From Haliotis cracherodii (Eukaryota), in contig NW_027266297.1 of assembly GCF_022045235.1 (NCBI RefSeq), positions 30,194,001 to 30,258,000 on the forward strand: a stretch of DNA of 64,000 nt. Direction: 5' to 3'. Both the position numbers and the translations under genes were made by a program. How positions within the stretch are numbered: the first letter of the stretch is position 1; each line of letters opens with the position of its first letter. Shown here one piece after another: positions 13,101 to 24,759 of the stretch. The notes below the pieces were generated by a model. That model did not search any database. It was not told the DNA's origin and saw nothing but the letters and a program-made list of their open reading frames with translations.

Positions 13101-16100
13101 CTTTCATGTAGGCATAGCCTTACTTTGTGATGAAGGGGGATCAAATTGGACCTCTTCAGTAATATCAGATGGTAAGTCTTCCTCTGAAGAAGGTGCAGCT
13201 GTTACCTCACACTTCTTTCTCTTAATGGCTGGAGATGATGTAGATTGTGATAATTCTCTTCTCTTATGGTCTAACTCCTTCCTCTGCACGCCGAAGAGGT
13301 AATGTGCAAAATATCCAAATTTAAGATAAATTAAAATAATAATTGTTGGATACATTAATTAGATATTAGAAGAATGTAAGTGAAGCAAAAATGTTTTGGG
13401 GCATATATAAAAAACTTATAATTTTAGGGCAAAAATGAGAGAGTGACGAGTCTACCGGATTGGTCATGTGCTTCCAGTGTGCATGAGTGGCGTGAGGTGA
13501 GTTCAGGTGAGTTGTTTTTATCTGTTCGCAAGGAAACACTGTTCAGGACGTTTCCACAGCCTTTCAGCAATGAGATGAGATGAGCAATAAGTAAGAGTCA
13601 GGATAAGATCAAAATTATTACTTTTACTGCTAACTGATAAATCAGTGAACTTCATCATTTGTGAGTTAAGTAAGATAAGTTTAGAAGTCTCGAACAAATT
13701 TACCTCTGGTGGTTTCATGTTGAGAACCTTGGTAATCCGCCCCTGCATGATAAGAAAATGGGGATTGTTGACGTTGAGCTGGACAGATCTGAAGAGATCC
13801 TGGACTCGAGCATTGTTGGCATTGCTTCCATTGATGAGGTACTTGTTACGTCCTCCAATGACCACCTGGAAAAATGGATACACCATAAAGACACCTGACA
13901 TCACCTGATCACTCCTTGAATACACGACACTTTTCATGGATAGCAACTTTTTCTTTCTCGATCGGGATATTTCAGAGCTACTTCTTGCTCCTTCAGCCGG
14001 TGAATGCCTGTTTATACAGTTTAGCACTGTTCATACCCCAAAAGGCATTCACTTGATGAAGGAGCAAGAAGTATCTCTGAAATGTTGTGACAAAGAATAA
14101 AAGAAGTTGTTATCCACAACTTGTGTCACGTATTCATCATGTTCATGTTTTCCTAACTTCTAAATGCCTATCAAAGACTTCATCATGTAACTTGTTTTAC
14201 CAAGATCATTAATCTTTCATTTCATTTTCCTACAACATGAGTAACTGCTTACAGTTAGTTTTAAGCAACTTCAAGTAACCAGAGTAACCAGCAGAAATGA
14301 TCCTACCTGTCGTGTAACTGTGATCTCATCATACTGTTCATACCCCAAAGGGCTCTGTTTCTTGTCATTGTTGTCGAATGTGATGCTGACAGTTGCCTTG
14401 ATGACTCCAGCTTGACCACTTTTGTACACCAAATCTTGTAAGTTACCAGCTCGGACCTGAAACATGTGAAAAGATAGATAGAATTTACTTTGCTTGTCCA
14501 TATCTTTATTTGTGTTGATAACTGTAGGAATCTATCCATTCTAATCATGCTGGTGCATTTATCAAATTAGTTTAGTTACCATGGTTACAATCATAATGAT
14601 TGGCAGGGAATAGGAAATGCGCATGAATCAGCTGTTTTTTTGCCTTCATAGTGGAACCAAAGGGGCAAAGTCAGAGTTGTGTCTAGCAACAAGTTGTGTG
14701 ACCTCATTGCAAAAACTTCTGAGCAAGACTGTCGTAACCAAAGCGCTCTACCACTTATAGTCGTCAAGGGCGGTAACTCCACATAACCCAGAAACTGGCT
14801 GTGTATTGCAACATGGTCCCAAACCAAACCAGCAACCACATACTATTTCTTTTCTGTGTTTAAAAGATTCGCTGATCTGTGTATAAAATGATGGATCACC
14901 GATCGTACTTACTTTGTTCCTTTTTATGGTATCCTTATTGCAACTTGCCGACATGTCCGACTCTGACAGTGACAATAGTTTTTAAGTTATCATGGAATGT
15001 GAATATTTGTGAAAAAGTACAAGTGAACCCCTACCTGTGCTGAAAATAATTAGGATGATCCCCATCTTGGACGCATGCATTAAAAGTGATAGCGAAACAC
15101 AGATTGGTACCTTTGTTTAGTTTATTTTCTCCAAAATGCAACAGCTTGGTGCAGACTTAAAATAGCTCCACAAAGATGAAGTGACATGTCACAGGCTCTG
15201 TGAATCCGTGCCACATGTTACATTACCATGATTACACTATACATATGCAGGGTTAGAAACTAACAGTTTTTTCCCACTAGTCTTTATAATGATACCATGT
15301 AGCAAAACCCTTAAAATGGGCCAATTTCTACAAGTCCTTAGGATACCTTTACTATTGGGCAGTTTGGAAAGGACTACAGGACTGGTGCCAATTTCTAACG
15401 CTGCATATGGCTGACTGTTTTATGATACCTGAACTGACTGCTGGCATACATGATGGGGGGTGGCGCAAACCTGTGTTATGCTGCAATTTCAGGCCACCTT
15501 TTTCTTTTTTACCTCAGCAGCAAAGCTTAGGTTTGAGATCCTATGGTTGTTTCATAATAAATAAAAGGCAAGGTGACCACAGACCAACTACGTAGCCTGT
15601 GGTTTGTTTAGCAAGTGCCAATAGGTTGAAATAAGTGACATTTGCATTTCATGCAATTCAAAGATGTGATTCGAACCGACGAAATCTTGAATAACATCAT
15701 AAGGATCAAGATGGCGGGTGTCACTCCTCTAGCCTATTTGTGTACTATTTGTGGTGTAGGGGTGTGATAATTTCAATGCGAACATATAATGCTATACAAG
15801 CTATCATCGAGTTCTTGTGCTTGACAGCTTGCAGGGATGCAAATGAACCATAACAGTTTATTATGTTTACCAGCCCAGTGTGTTATATTACAATCATCAA
15901 AAAAGCATGAAATTCTACTAGGCCCATAACCGGCATATGTAACATTGAAAATTTTGCGCTCATGCAAATTTGCATCATTCGCTTGCTAACGGGTTTAAAA
16001 CTTAAACTCTTTGGCTGAGTGAAATGCCAGTTAGACCAGGCATCTGACTTTGGGGGCTTTGGATCACACGGTCGGTGGTTCGAATCCCATCACAGAACTC

Positions 16101-16454
16101 GGAAATATTATGCCCCCCTACATCATGATGTTGCTGATCATGCGTGGTGTCTGACATCAGCTGGTCACAAACCTCATTGGTGAAGAGTGAAAGACTCTAT
16201 CTGTCAAGATCGAATAACTGTGAATACACCTCACGATCGTTAACAAAGTATTGTTTCAAGTGATTTACTTAACGAATGATACTTACGTGTGAAAGATTGG
16301 TAATGCCGAGAAGAAAACATATCGCGTCGAGGATGTTTGATTTTCCACTTCCATTCAAACCTGTAATAGCGTTGAATAATGGATCAAATCCATTTATTTC
16401 CGTACGTTGAGCGTATGACTTGAAGCCATCGACGACCATCGACTTAATGTGCAT
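299..16454 (-). CDS. SMC2: Structural maintenance of chromosomes protein 2 (condensin subunit); first 14 coding exons, gene continues past the left edge
   Basis: GT-AG exons in continuous phase: 16454-16287, 14456-14307, 13865-13704, 9251-9141, 8090-7953, 7242-7165, 6323-6261, 5617-5468, 4702-4513, 4382-4328, 2893-2773, 2329-2211, 1326-1188, 445-299 (1791 nt). N-terminus [14 protein letters not shown]...[21 protein letters not shown] (Walker A), Q-loop HFLIMQG, coiled coil, start of hinge ([16 protein letters not shown]). Confidence 0.97.
895..1145 (-). mobile_element. SINE-like family C (non-tRNA structured head)
   Basis: gacccgtgaagatccgggg...gtcgtaagaggtgactaac...gctggaatattgctgagtgcg, (AAAC)n tail. 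Confidence 0.88.
1188..1326 (-). CDS. SMC2: SMC2 coding exon 13
   Basis: [27 protein letters not shown]...ALEVAAGSR (hinge). Confidence 0.95.
1515..1752 (-). mobile_element. SINE-like family C
   Basis: Consensus match. Confidence 0.88.
1946..2112 (-). mobile_element. SINE family A (tRNA-Asp-like head)
   Basis: A/B boxes, (ACTC)n tail, TSD cagacctacta. Confidence 0.9.
2211..2329 (-). CDS. SMC2: SMC2 coding exon 12
   Basis: [21 protein letters not shown]...VETLEA. Confidence 0.9.
2773..2893 (-). CDS. SMC2: SMC2 coding exon 11
   Basis: [26 protein letters not shown]. Confidence 0.92.
3462..4137. repeat. Polypurine (GA-rich) low-complexity tract ending in (GA)n
   Basis: Seen directly; lies between gaps. 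Confidence 0.95.
4328..4382 (-). CDS. SMC2: SMC2 coding exon 10
   Basis: [17 protein letters not shown]; phases 1/2 match neighbours. Confidence 0.9.
4513..4702 (-). CDS. SMC2: SMC2 coding exon 9
   Basis: ...[29 protein letters not shown]. Confidence 0.93.
5468..5617 (-). CDS. SMC2: SMC2 coding exon 8
   Basis: [13 protein letters not shown]...[10 protein letters not shown] coiled coil. Confidence 0.9.
6261..6323 (-). CDS. SMC2: SMC2 coding exon 7
   Basis: [21 protein letters not shown]; phase 0/0. Confidence 0.85.
6729..6985 (+). mobile_element. SINE-like family C
   Basis: Full-length consensus match. Confidence 0.88.
7165..7242 (-). CDS. SMC2: SMC2 coding exon 6
   Basis: [26 protein letters not shown]; phase 0/0, AG/GT. 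Confidence 0.85.
7953..8090 (-). CDS. SMC2: SMC2 coding exon 5
   Basis: [42 protein letters not shown]. Confidence 0.93.
8160..8385 (-). mobile_element. SINE-like family C
   Basis: Consensus match. Confidence 0.85.
8400..8825 (-). mobile_element. Two adjacent diverged SINE family B copies
   Basis: gctgacaaacctaga and gactgggcca motifs each occur twice. Confidence 0.7.
9141..9251 (-). CDS. SMC2: SMC2 coding exon 4
   Basis: [15 protein letters not shown]...LREIDA. Confidence 0.95.
9370..9533 (+). mobile_element. SINE family A
   Basis: TAGCCTAGTGG / GGTTCGATTCC boxes; 15-bp TSD ctcattcttcttttg. Confidence 0.92.
9620..13480 (-). mobile_element. Degenerate, internally deleted DIRS1-type tyrosine-recombinase retrotransposon (ends approximate)
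   Basis: Minus-strand remnants: gag Zn-finger [19 protein letters not shown] (about 12985-12920); YR motifs [16 protein letters not shown] (about 11510-11450), SRTTISxW, AHETxVATS...[19 protein letters not shown] (about 10855-10730); terminal inverted segment at 9780-9866. Confidence 0.85.
10899..11163 (-). mobile_element. SINE family B (tRNA-Leu/Ser-like head) nested in the DIRS recombinase
   Basis: gtggcccagtcgtct..ggttcgaatcc..ctttcctcccacattaagctgac; TSD aaagaaatt. Confidence 0.88.
13704..13865 (-). CDS. SMC2: SMC2 coding exon 3
   Basis: [13 protein letters not shown]...[21 protein letters not shown]. Confidence 0.95.
13937..14117. mobile_element. Inverted pair of Penelope-like pLTR fragments with degenerate hammerhead-like cores
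   Basis: 13937-14013 and 14040-14117 are inverted copies of ggcattcac-TGATGAaggag...ctctGAAAtgttg...aataaa. Confidence 0.55.
14307..14456 (-). CDS. SMC2: SMC2 coding exon 2
   Basis: [17 protein letters not shown]...EITVTRQ; AG/GT bounded. Confidence 0.95.
15248..15403. mobile_element. Short TIR element (hAT-like MITE)
   Basis: cagggttagaaact...aatttctaacgctg; a related end occurs near 5782. Confidence 0.5.
16287..16454 (-). CDS. SMC2: SMC2 coding exon 1
   Basis: ATG at 16454; GLNGSGKSN Walker A; donor GTAAGT. Confidence 0.97.
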
Positions 16455-16605
16455 TTTGGTTAACTGTTGATTACACCATCAAATTCAAATGTTTTGGTTG
16501 TTACTGTCAATAAAGTCGTAAATGGCGCTCAAATCCGTTTAACCATTTCTGCGCATGCGCTCTATCCCACAATGCAAAATCGAAAACAAATATGGCTGCG
16601 CCCAT
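16455..16605. promoter_or_regulatory. Bidirectional SMC2/DPH2 promoter region
   Basis: Divergent genes; NRF1-type palindrome TGCGCATGCGC at 16550-16560; YY1-like AAATGGCG at 16520-16527. Confidence 0.65.
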
Positions 16606-17281
16606 GTAAAGTCATGACGCACATGATGAACACATTTCTTTACAGTGTGTGTATACAAAGCGAATTTGAAACATCTAATAACTACGGATTGCAAGAAGCG
16701 AACACATAGTCACTATTTATTATAGGATTGATAACTGTGACAAGCTTGTAAAGGTACTACATGCGATTAGAGAGTCGTTGTTGTCATATATGGAGCAAGG
16801 GAGATAATTCTGTTCACCCAACATCTCATTCACATAAACCAGCTGATAACCATGATAACTTGAGAAACATTTGTCTGCCATTTCACGACAATCCTTTGGC
16901 TTTTTTAATACATGAAGTTTGTAAAAATTATGCATAATAAAGAAAACACAAATTCTGATATTGATCAGCTGGTTGTGAATGAGTTCCATTCGAATAACTA
17001 AAACCCATGCTTTTACTGTTAATAAGCCTCTCTTACATACTCCAGAGCATATATTCAATGAGAAACTGAGACATTGTTTCTGTGTCGTTCGGCTTACCTT
17101 TAGGCCTATCTGGTGCAACTGCTTGCAATTGGCCCGGAAAAAAACAACCTATGATTAAACTTAAAAACACCTGTATAGTGCCTTGTCGAAATTGTCATTA
17201 TTGTCTTCCACATGATCATTCACCTGGTATTGAAGGGCATGGTTAACATTCTATTTCTCTTCCAGATTGAAGACGGTGAAA

Positions 17282-17425
17282 ATGACATCAGCATTTTTCT
17301 CGCCTGATGTTGTGAATCAGAAGACAGATATTGATGTTCTGGCAGATGTAAAGACCGATGATATCCCAAGAGTGTATGAAATTCAAAGATGTAGTGAATG
17401 GATAAAATCTGGCAATTTCACAAGG
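17282..17425 (+). CDS. DPH2: DPH2 exon (MTSAFFSPD...[17 protein letters not shown])
   Basis: Acceptor at 17265, ATG at 17282, donor GTATTT. Confidence 0.88.
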
Positions 17426-20400
17426 GTATTTATATGAAGAGTTGTTTTATTGTTCTGTTAGGCTAAAAAGGTCGCTATATGGCTGAAATAATGCTGATGC
17501 GGCGTTAAATTTTAACTCCCGCACAGTTAGGCTAAAAAAAGTCTTGGTTCTCAGGGAACGCCTGCATCATCAAGTTTGCTGCACAATTCATTTTTATTTC
17601 CATTTTTAATAACAAAAACAAAAAAAACCAAGTCCAACGGTAGTCAAATACTGTATTCCAGTATTTTACTCATCAAGGAACTCTTTTTTGTAGGGAGGCC
17701 ATTTCCACGGTTGATTGTACATAATGGTTTATTTAGTTACACTACTATTTATTTGGTAAAATACCAGTTTGAACAACAACAACAAAAAAAACAAAAAAAA
17801 TACACCACCCAACTGCACTATATTTTCAAAACCAGCCTGAGAACCAATTCTTTTTTTTTAACCACACTTTTTTCACACGGTGTCATCTGAAATTATGAGT
17901 AACCATAAAGTTTTCTTATTCAGTTGTATGTTCTTATGCTCAGTTAGACATGCTATATTTCAAACCAATGTTATATGCATGATTAGTATGTACCCAAATA
18001 CTGTCAACCCTGGATATATAATAAAGTTGGCTATTGTGAAATATTTATTATATTGAATCAAATTTTAACAAGGTGAGGTGAGGTGAAATCGGGTTTAAAG
18101 TCACGTCCAAGATTATTGCACTTATATAGGGACGTGCATGTACGTGTATGTGTTTGTGGCTGCTTGTACTAGTCTAGACTAATGCTGATTTTATAGTGCT
18201 AGCCCACTGAGATACCACGGGCCCGGACCAACCACGGGCCTGGGTAGTCCAGTGGGCATCCGGGTCCTATTCCTGAATCCACTGCGTACCCGAGTTTCTT
18301 GTCAAAGGCCTAGTTTGTGGTGTCTATATATCACCAAGACAATTATGGTATATTTGCAGGTAGCGATTCAGCTTCCAGATAACCTTCTGTGTGACTCAGC
18401 AAGGATTGTACAAGAGCTAGAGAATTCAACAACTGCCAAATTGTTTATCCTGGGTGATACATCGTACGGAAGGTATACATTTAGGTGATGAAACAGAACA
18501 GACCTGTGAAGATCTGGGGCAGAATAGGTCTTCAACAACCCATGCCTGCCGTAAAAGGCGACTATGCTTGTCGTAAAAGGCGTTTAATCGGTGGTCAGGC
18601 TCGCTGACTTGGTTGATGCATGTCAAATGTTGGATCCGTCCTTGCTGTGCTAAATAAGTGATGAGAGAGTAAGATGTTGATGTCACTTGCAATACTAAGA
18701 CCAGGGTATTTATCATAATAATACATGACAAAATGGAGACATAATACAGTCAAGTCCCGTTAATCCGACATTGTTGGTTGCATATGATTATGTCGGATTA
18801 ATGAGTATGTCATATAAACAAAATTTAGTAGTATCAACGTTCGTGATCGAAAATCAGACAACTACACAAAAGTTAACAATACAAACACCAGAGACCTCAA
18901 AGCTTAAGAAAACTGCTTTCTAAGTGGCTAACGTTGACTTCCTGTTAGTCATTTCATTGGTCGGTCATCATGTGTACTGACCACACTGTATGCAGATCAC
19001 TGTGTCGGATTAACGAGACTGATTGATGAGTGATTTTGGTAATTCGTTGCAAATTAGGTGTGTCAGAGTCGGAGTGCGAGACTGTTGGATTAACAGGTCT
19101 AAATAGCACTGATTTTATCGGTTCCCATCATTAGTGTCGGATAAAGCCGATTGTCGGATTAACGAGTGTCGGATTAACGAGACTTGACTGTACATGGATA
19201 AGCAAAGGATGGGTTCATCAGTGATGCTACATTTTTAATTAGTTTAAAAATCTTCTCGGATACTGTGTTTATATAATTAAAAATTTGTTATATTCTGGGG
19301 ATCTTTCCATCTTTGAGTACCTGTGTGAAGTCCATTATTGGTGTCCCCAGTCATGATGTGGCTGGAATATTGGTAAATGTAAACCCAGCTCACTCACTCT
19401 AACAGCTTACATCAGTATGATTCTGTCCTATTCACACAATTCACGGATTTTGTTTTGTTTTTTGTTTATCAGCTGTTGTGTGGACGAGATAGCAGCCCAG
19501 CACAATGCTGCTGATTGCATAATCCATTTCGGACGCTCATGTCTGAGTGTGACCAAGCGCTTGCCAGTTTTGTTCATCTTTGGACAGAGGCCTGTTGACC
19601 AATCAGACTGTTTTGTCAAGTTCCGAGAGTTGTTTCCGGATGAAGAGAGCAAAGTAGTTGTCTTGTATGACACATACTATGCTTACATTGTTGGTTAGTA
19701 TACTTTACAGAATATTGTAAATGTTCTAGCAATTCTGAGGCAGAATCATCTTCCTGTAGCAAGGGAATTAACTGACTTTAAGAGTTTAGTTTCAGCCCTT
19801 GCTGATACAGGCTGGAATCATGGTGTGATGTTTTGGCTGGACTAATGAGTCTAGTCATTGAGTTTCTGTCAAAATCTTATCAAAAATCGATATCGACATT
19901 GATTTGATTTAGAGATCCTTTGACCTCAAATTACTGAGAAAATGGAGAATTTTTTTTGTCAAAATTTTGAAATATTTTTATCACTACAAACCCCCAAAAA
20001 ACTTTGTATTAAAATAGAACAATATATATTTCTGGAATTTTGCAACGTAGTAGTAAGACGACTTTGCAAATTAAAACTCTCTATATTGCAGAAGAAAATC
20101 ACTTCTGCAATGATTTACGTGACAATGCAGTGTTGACAGTAAGGGGAAGTAACTCCAACCACATCTGGGTACCTTGCCTTGTCTTGTATTAATTTGTATT
20201 TTAAAAATATAATTTTCCCCTACCAAACATTTTTTTTGGGGGGGGGAATTTGTAAACCATCTAAAACAAAATCCTTTATACAGAGTTTTATGTCTTCTTT
20301 CCTCCAACTTGTAGACACCTAGGAAAGACTTCCTTGAAAACAGTTGTGACCTTCTCCGAAGACCATGCTGTTTCAAACAAGTAAATAATGATCAGATACT

Positions 20401-23400
20401 GATTTGGCAGGTAGCTTGATTCATGTTTAAGAGACATAAAACCCCATGCCTGTATACACTTATCATGGAAGGTAAATGAAAGACGAACCCATCTTTCAGA
20501 CACTTATATTTTGCAATAATCTTTTTAAAAAGTTACATTGATACTTTCAGATGACATCTTCAATGAACTTCAGAAGTCACACAAGTCTTTAGTGTTATCA
20601 AGACTCCTGACGCCTAATTCTGATTCTGATTCGGCTCAAGACAAGTCAAGGTCACCAGTATTCACCAGGTGCAACCGAACTGTTCGGCTCCCGGAGTCTG
20701 AACTCATCCACAACTACAGCATCTTCTACCTCGGCGGGGAGAGCCTTGCTTTGACTAATCTCATGATGAACTTTACCAAGTGTGCCTTCTATACATACGA
20801 TCCAGAGTCCTGTATCGGGAGACGAGAGACCCTGAATGTGAACAAGGCTTTGATGAAACGCTACTACATGATCGAGCGAGTCAAGGATGCAAGTATTGTG
20901 GGGATTGTAGCAGGTACATTAGGAGTGGCCAATTATTTAGAAGTTATCAATAGGCTGAAAAAACTTATCAAGATTGCTGGTAAGAAAAGCTATACTTTTG
21001 TGGTTGGGAAGCTGAATGTGGCAAAGCTTGCCAACTTTATGGAGATTGATGTTTTTGTGCTGGTGTCGTGTCCGGAAAACACCTTGATTGACTCATCAGA
21101 GTTTTATAAGCCTGTTGTGACACCATTTGAGATGGAAATAGCTCTGAACAGTGAAAGGGAATGGACTGGGGACTACATCACAGATTTTCAAGAAATTCTA
21201 CCTGGTGAGTGCTCGGTTGTGGTCTGGTAGCCATTGTGACAGTGTTGAGGGAAGGGAGGTAATTCTTGGATCACAAGTCAACATGCTTTCCTTTGAGATT
21301 TGTGACTATACATGTATATTCAAACAGAGAAATAATGGAACACTACTATCTTCACATGAGGCCCAAACTAAACAAACTTTCTTTTCTGTTTCCCCCCCCC
21401 CCCCCCCCCCCCCCGACAAATCCAGGCATAAAGTATGAAATTATTAAACTCTTCGTTTGGTTGAGACCGCCTCCTTGGTCTAGTGGTAGAGCGTCTGCCT
21501 GGATAGTGGAAGGTCCGGTGGTTTGATCCCCGGCTGCGTCTTTCCCAAAGACTTTAAAAGATGGTACTTGTTGTCACCCTGTCTGGCGCTCGGCATTAAG
21601 GGGCTAAAAAAAGGACTGGTCGGCTTGGAGTCGGTATACTGTGTCAGAATGGGGCATTCATGTTAAACTGCGGCATGGTATCTCAGAGGGCTAGCACTAT
21701 AAATCGGCATCAGTCCGGACTAGTACAAGCAGACACACACAAGCACATTGTTATCTAAGTGCAATATTCTTGGACGCAACGTTAAACTCCATTTCACCTC
21801 GCTTTGTTTGGTTGACTGCACTGTTTGTTTGTTTGACTGTATTGTTGGTGTAATGCACCAGAAGATATAATCGAAGAAAAATCTGCCGCTTAGTGCATGC
21901 AAATCAAGGGCAGATAAGTATGTTAGACCCTACATATATACAATGTTTTGCAACTGAGAAATATTTTTGAACAACAAGCCAGTTGGTTGGCTCACTTTGA
22001 CCTCCAACAGAAAAAGCATCAAACAAATATGGCAGATAGATAGCCTTAGCCTTATAAGTTTTTACAAAAGGATCCACCACCATGGTTACAGGTGCTGCAT
22101 CATATGTGGAGATTCCTGCCGACCAGGAAGCGGAAACTGTGGCGGATGTGTCCCTCATCAGCAATCAGATACGGGTGCTGGGGACGCAGGGTGAGACTGA
22201 ACTGATGGCATCCAGTACGGCTCTTGTGTCGCGGGACCAGAACATGGCTGTCGCTACATTCCAGGCCCAGTCAGCAGGTAGGTAGCGCAGCCTTTGTAGG
22301 ACGAACAAGGGTGGGATCTACCAACATGACCAACAAGCCCCAAGCTCTTACTTTGTGATCAGATTTGAATTATCCAAATGTAGCGCAGTATTCAATTCAA
22401 TTCTTTTTTGTATGAAAGGCCACAGGCCCATATACAACGGAGTTACATAACATATATTTTATAAAATACAAAGTCAAGGTAACAATTCACTTCGTAACAA
22501 AAAAGCATTATGTATGTACAAAGCCAGTTGATGTTGTGTTATAAGATCCTTGCAAGACAGTAATGAAGGCAATCTTGTAGCATTAAAATGAGATAGAGAC
22601 CACTGCGGTAAGTACTTGTCTCTTAGATTTTCGTATATAGGGCAAATAAACATGAAATGGTATTCATCTTCGACAACAATGTCACAAAATGGGCATAATC
22701 GTATCGATTTCTCAAGAGACGAAAATCTCCCTGTGTTAATTTTTAGATCATTCAGGCCAAGTCTAAAACGAATAAGGGTGTTACGAGAACTCCTGTACCG
22801 TAAATTTGATAAATAGGATTCTGGTTCAAGCAATGACTTGAATTGGCGATAAGTATCATAAATTTGAACTTCCATAAATATCTGAATGCCATTTCTGATG
22901 AAACATGTCAATGGCACGCATGCGAAAGTACTTAATGAAAGCATTTGCATTACCAATTGTCTGGTACAGCCAAATGAAACCAAAGCCATATGTAAAAAGC
23001 AATGTACGAATACAAGAAGCCCATGTGTTCTTTCCAAGATTGTCGAGGTGTACGAGCATGTTGTAGGCTTTCTTGGGTAAACGGTGTTCAGGCATTATTA
23101 TTATTTTACACCAATACTTCAAACAACGAGTGTAAGATCCAATGTACAATGGGAATCTCCCGCATTCTCCATAAACCATGATACCCTTGATGCAATATGA
23201 TTCTTAAGAATTGACTTCAATATTTTTTGTACTTATGGAGGAATAAAATTACGATATTGAAGTTATTGCTAAATAAGTCAACAATAGTAACATAAAAGAC
23301 AGTAGACAGACAACGATATGAAATCAGTGTTTGTTTGTTTGTTTGTTGTTTAAAGCCGCAATATTACAGCTATTTGACAGCAGTCTGTAACTAATCAAGT

Positions 23401-24673
23401 CTGGACCAGATAATCCAGTGATTGACATCATGAGCATCGATGCATGCAACTGGGATACAATGACTTGCATAAACCAAGTCAGCGAATCCAACCACCCAAG
23501 CCCGACAACCTGATCCCGTTACGAAAGCATAGTCGCCTGACAATGTTTATCATAATAAGGCAATAGAAACCACACCCACTCTATTATCAGCCAATCATGT
23601 AACAGTAGTTCACTCGTCAGCATAACCTAATTCTTTTAGGTTTCTGGAAACTAAATACATACAGAAATTGCTTGGATAGCTCATTAAATGCCATGGAATC
23701 ACATGTATATATGTTTACATAACTCGATAGCACGGTGCATGATATGATACACAATACAATACATGAAAACTCAAACTGCATCAACATTTTATCAGCCATA
23801 TAGCGACGAGAACAAGTTGATATATATATATATACAAAGGGGTCATGAATACAAAGTAATATTTAAAAACAAATTTATGTAACATATTTGGGTATAACAA
23901 AATTTGTAACTGTTTGAAACATGGGGTATTGGCCACCAGTAACCAAAGCTAGGCCACCTCGCTGGGGATAATCAGGACTTACTGTGCCTCAGATTCCTGC
24001 ATGCTACCCCAGCAGGATTTGCATCATTACCTCAACTGCTACATCACTTTCGCTACTGGTGGTTGTGCACAATACAAGCCAATATTAAAAAATGCTCAGC
24101 AATGAGTTGGCTTAAAACACTGGTAAATGCTTTAGACACTTGGGTTCCCGTCCAGGTCTATCTAGGCAGTGAATCAGGTATCTGTTCTACTTGACCTTTG
24201 ACTGACATACTTCCGCTTAAACCCGTTTCATATTTTTAACCACAGGAAGTTCTGATTAATATTACTGTTGATGTATTTATATTGTTAAATACATGTAGGT
24301 GTTTGGTATTAAATAGGTCATTCATCCATATTAATGTTTGATAGTCAAAATGGAAAAAAAAATGTAATTTTTATTAGAACTTCAGATCCTTTGTCGTAGC
24401 ATACTTGAGTTTAATAAGAAACATTTTGTACTTAAATCTCCTAATTTCATTCACTTGTAATCAATATTCATTGTTACCTAAACAAAAACTAAATCACCTC
24501 TGCCCAGTGTTGGTTGTTCACAAAGTGTGTAAGTGTATGTGTTTGTTACAGGGGAGTTCCTGGGAGCAAGAACATGGCAGGGACTTGAACGTAACCTTGG
24601 TGATACACCTGTTACCAAGGCAACAGAAGGAAGAAGTGGCATTGCTGCTAGTTATGATGATGAACCTGCATAA
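17282..24673 (+). CDS. DPH2: Diphthamide biosynthesis protein 2 (2-(3-amino-3-carboxypropyl)histidine synthase subunit 2)
   Basis: Exons 17282-17425, 18360-18472, 19473-19693, 20551-21204, 22092-22277, 24552-24673 join in phase to 479 aa. Motifs [57 protein letters not shown]...EGRSGIA; AATAAA at 24697-24702. Confidence 0.95.
18360..18472 (+). CDS. DPH2: DPH2 exon
   Basis: [13 protein letters not shown]...[10 protein letters not shown]. Confidence 0.93.
18501..18625 (+). mobile_element. SINE-like family C (5' half)
   Basis: Consensus match. Confidence 0.8.
18747..19190. mobile_element. Tc1/mariner-pogo-type MITE
   Basis: TIR cagtcaagtc(c/t)cgttaatccgaca, TA on both sides, internal gtcggattaa repeats. 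Confidence 0.85.
19473..19693 (+). CDS. DPH2: DPH2 exon
   Basis: [25 protein letters not shown]. Confidence 0.95.
20551..21204 (+). CDS. DPH2: DPH2 exon
   Basis: GIVAGTLGV...[25 protein letters not shown]. Confidence 0.95.
21464..21800 (+). mobile_element. SINE family D (tRNA head, about 340 bp, (CACCT)n tail)
   Basis: tggtctagtggtagagcg..ggtttgatccc..gatggtacttgttg..ctggcgctcggcatt..gctagcactataa. Confidence 0.88.
22092..22277 (+). CDS. DPH2: DPH2 exon
   Basis: [11 protein letters not shown]; phases 1/1 match neighbours. Confidence 0.88.
22391..23180 (-). mobile_element. 5'-truncated LINE (3' end of ORF2, frameshifted) in a DPH2 intron
   Basis: [31 protein letters not shown] zinc-knuckle; (ATTGA)n tail at about 22391-22405. 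Confidence 0.85.
23330..23540 (-). mobile_element. SINE-like family C (3' part)
   Basis: Consensus match. Confidence 0.8.
24552..24673 (+). CDS. DPH2: DPH2 last coding exon
   Basis: [16 protein letters not shown]...[15 protein letters not shown]. Confidence 0.93.
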
Positions 24674-24759
24674 ATGTGACATACTGTATTTAATTTAATA
24701 AACACAACACTGCATCACTCTGATGGCAGGAGCACAGTGAGTCTTGTTTATATATGACC

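Noticed and set aside
16010-16100. tRNA gene (GGTTCGAATCC box) in SMC2 intron 1
   Set aside because: No foldable cloverleaf; probably an old SINE head.
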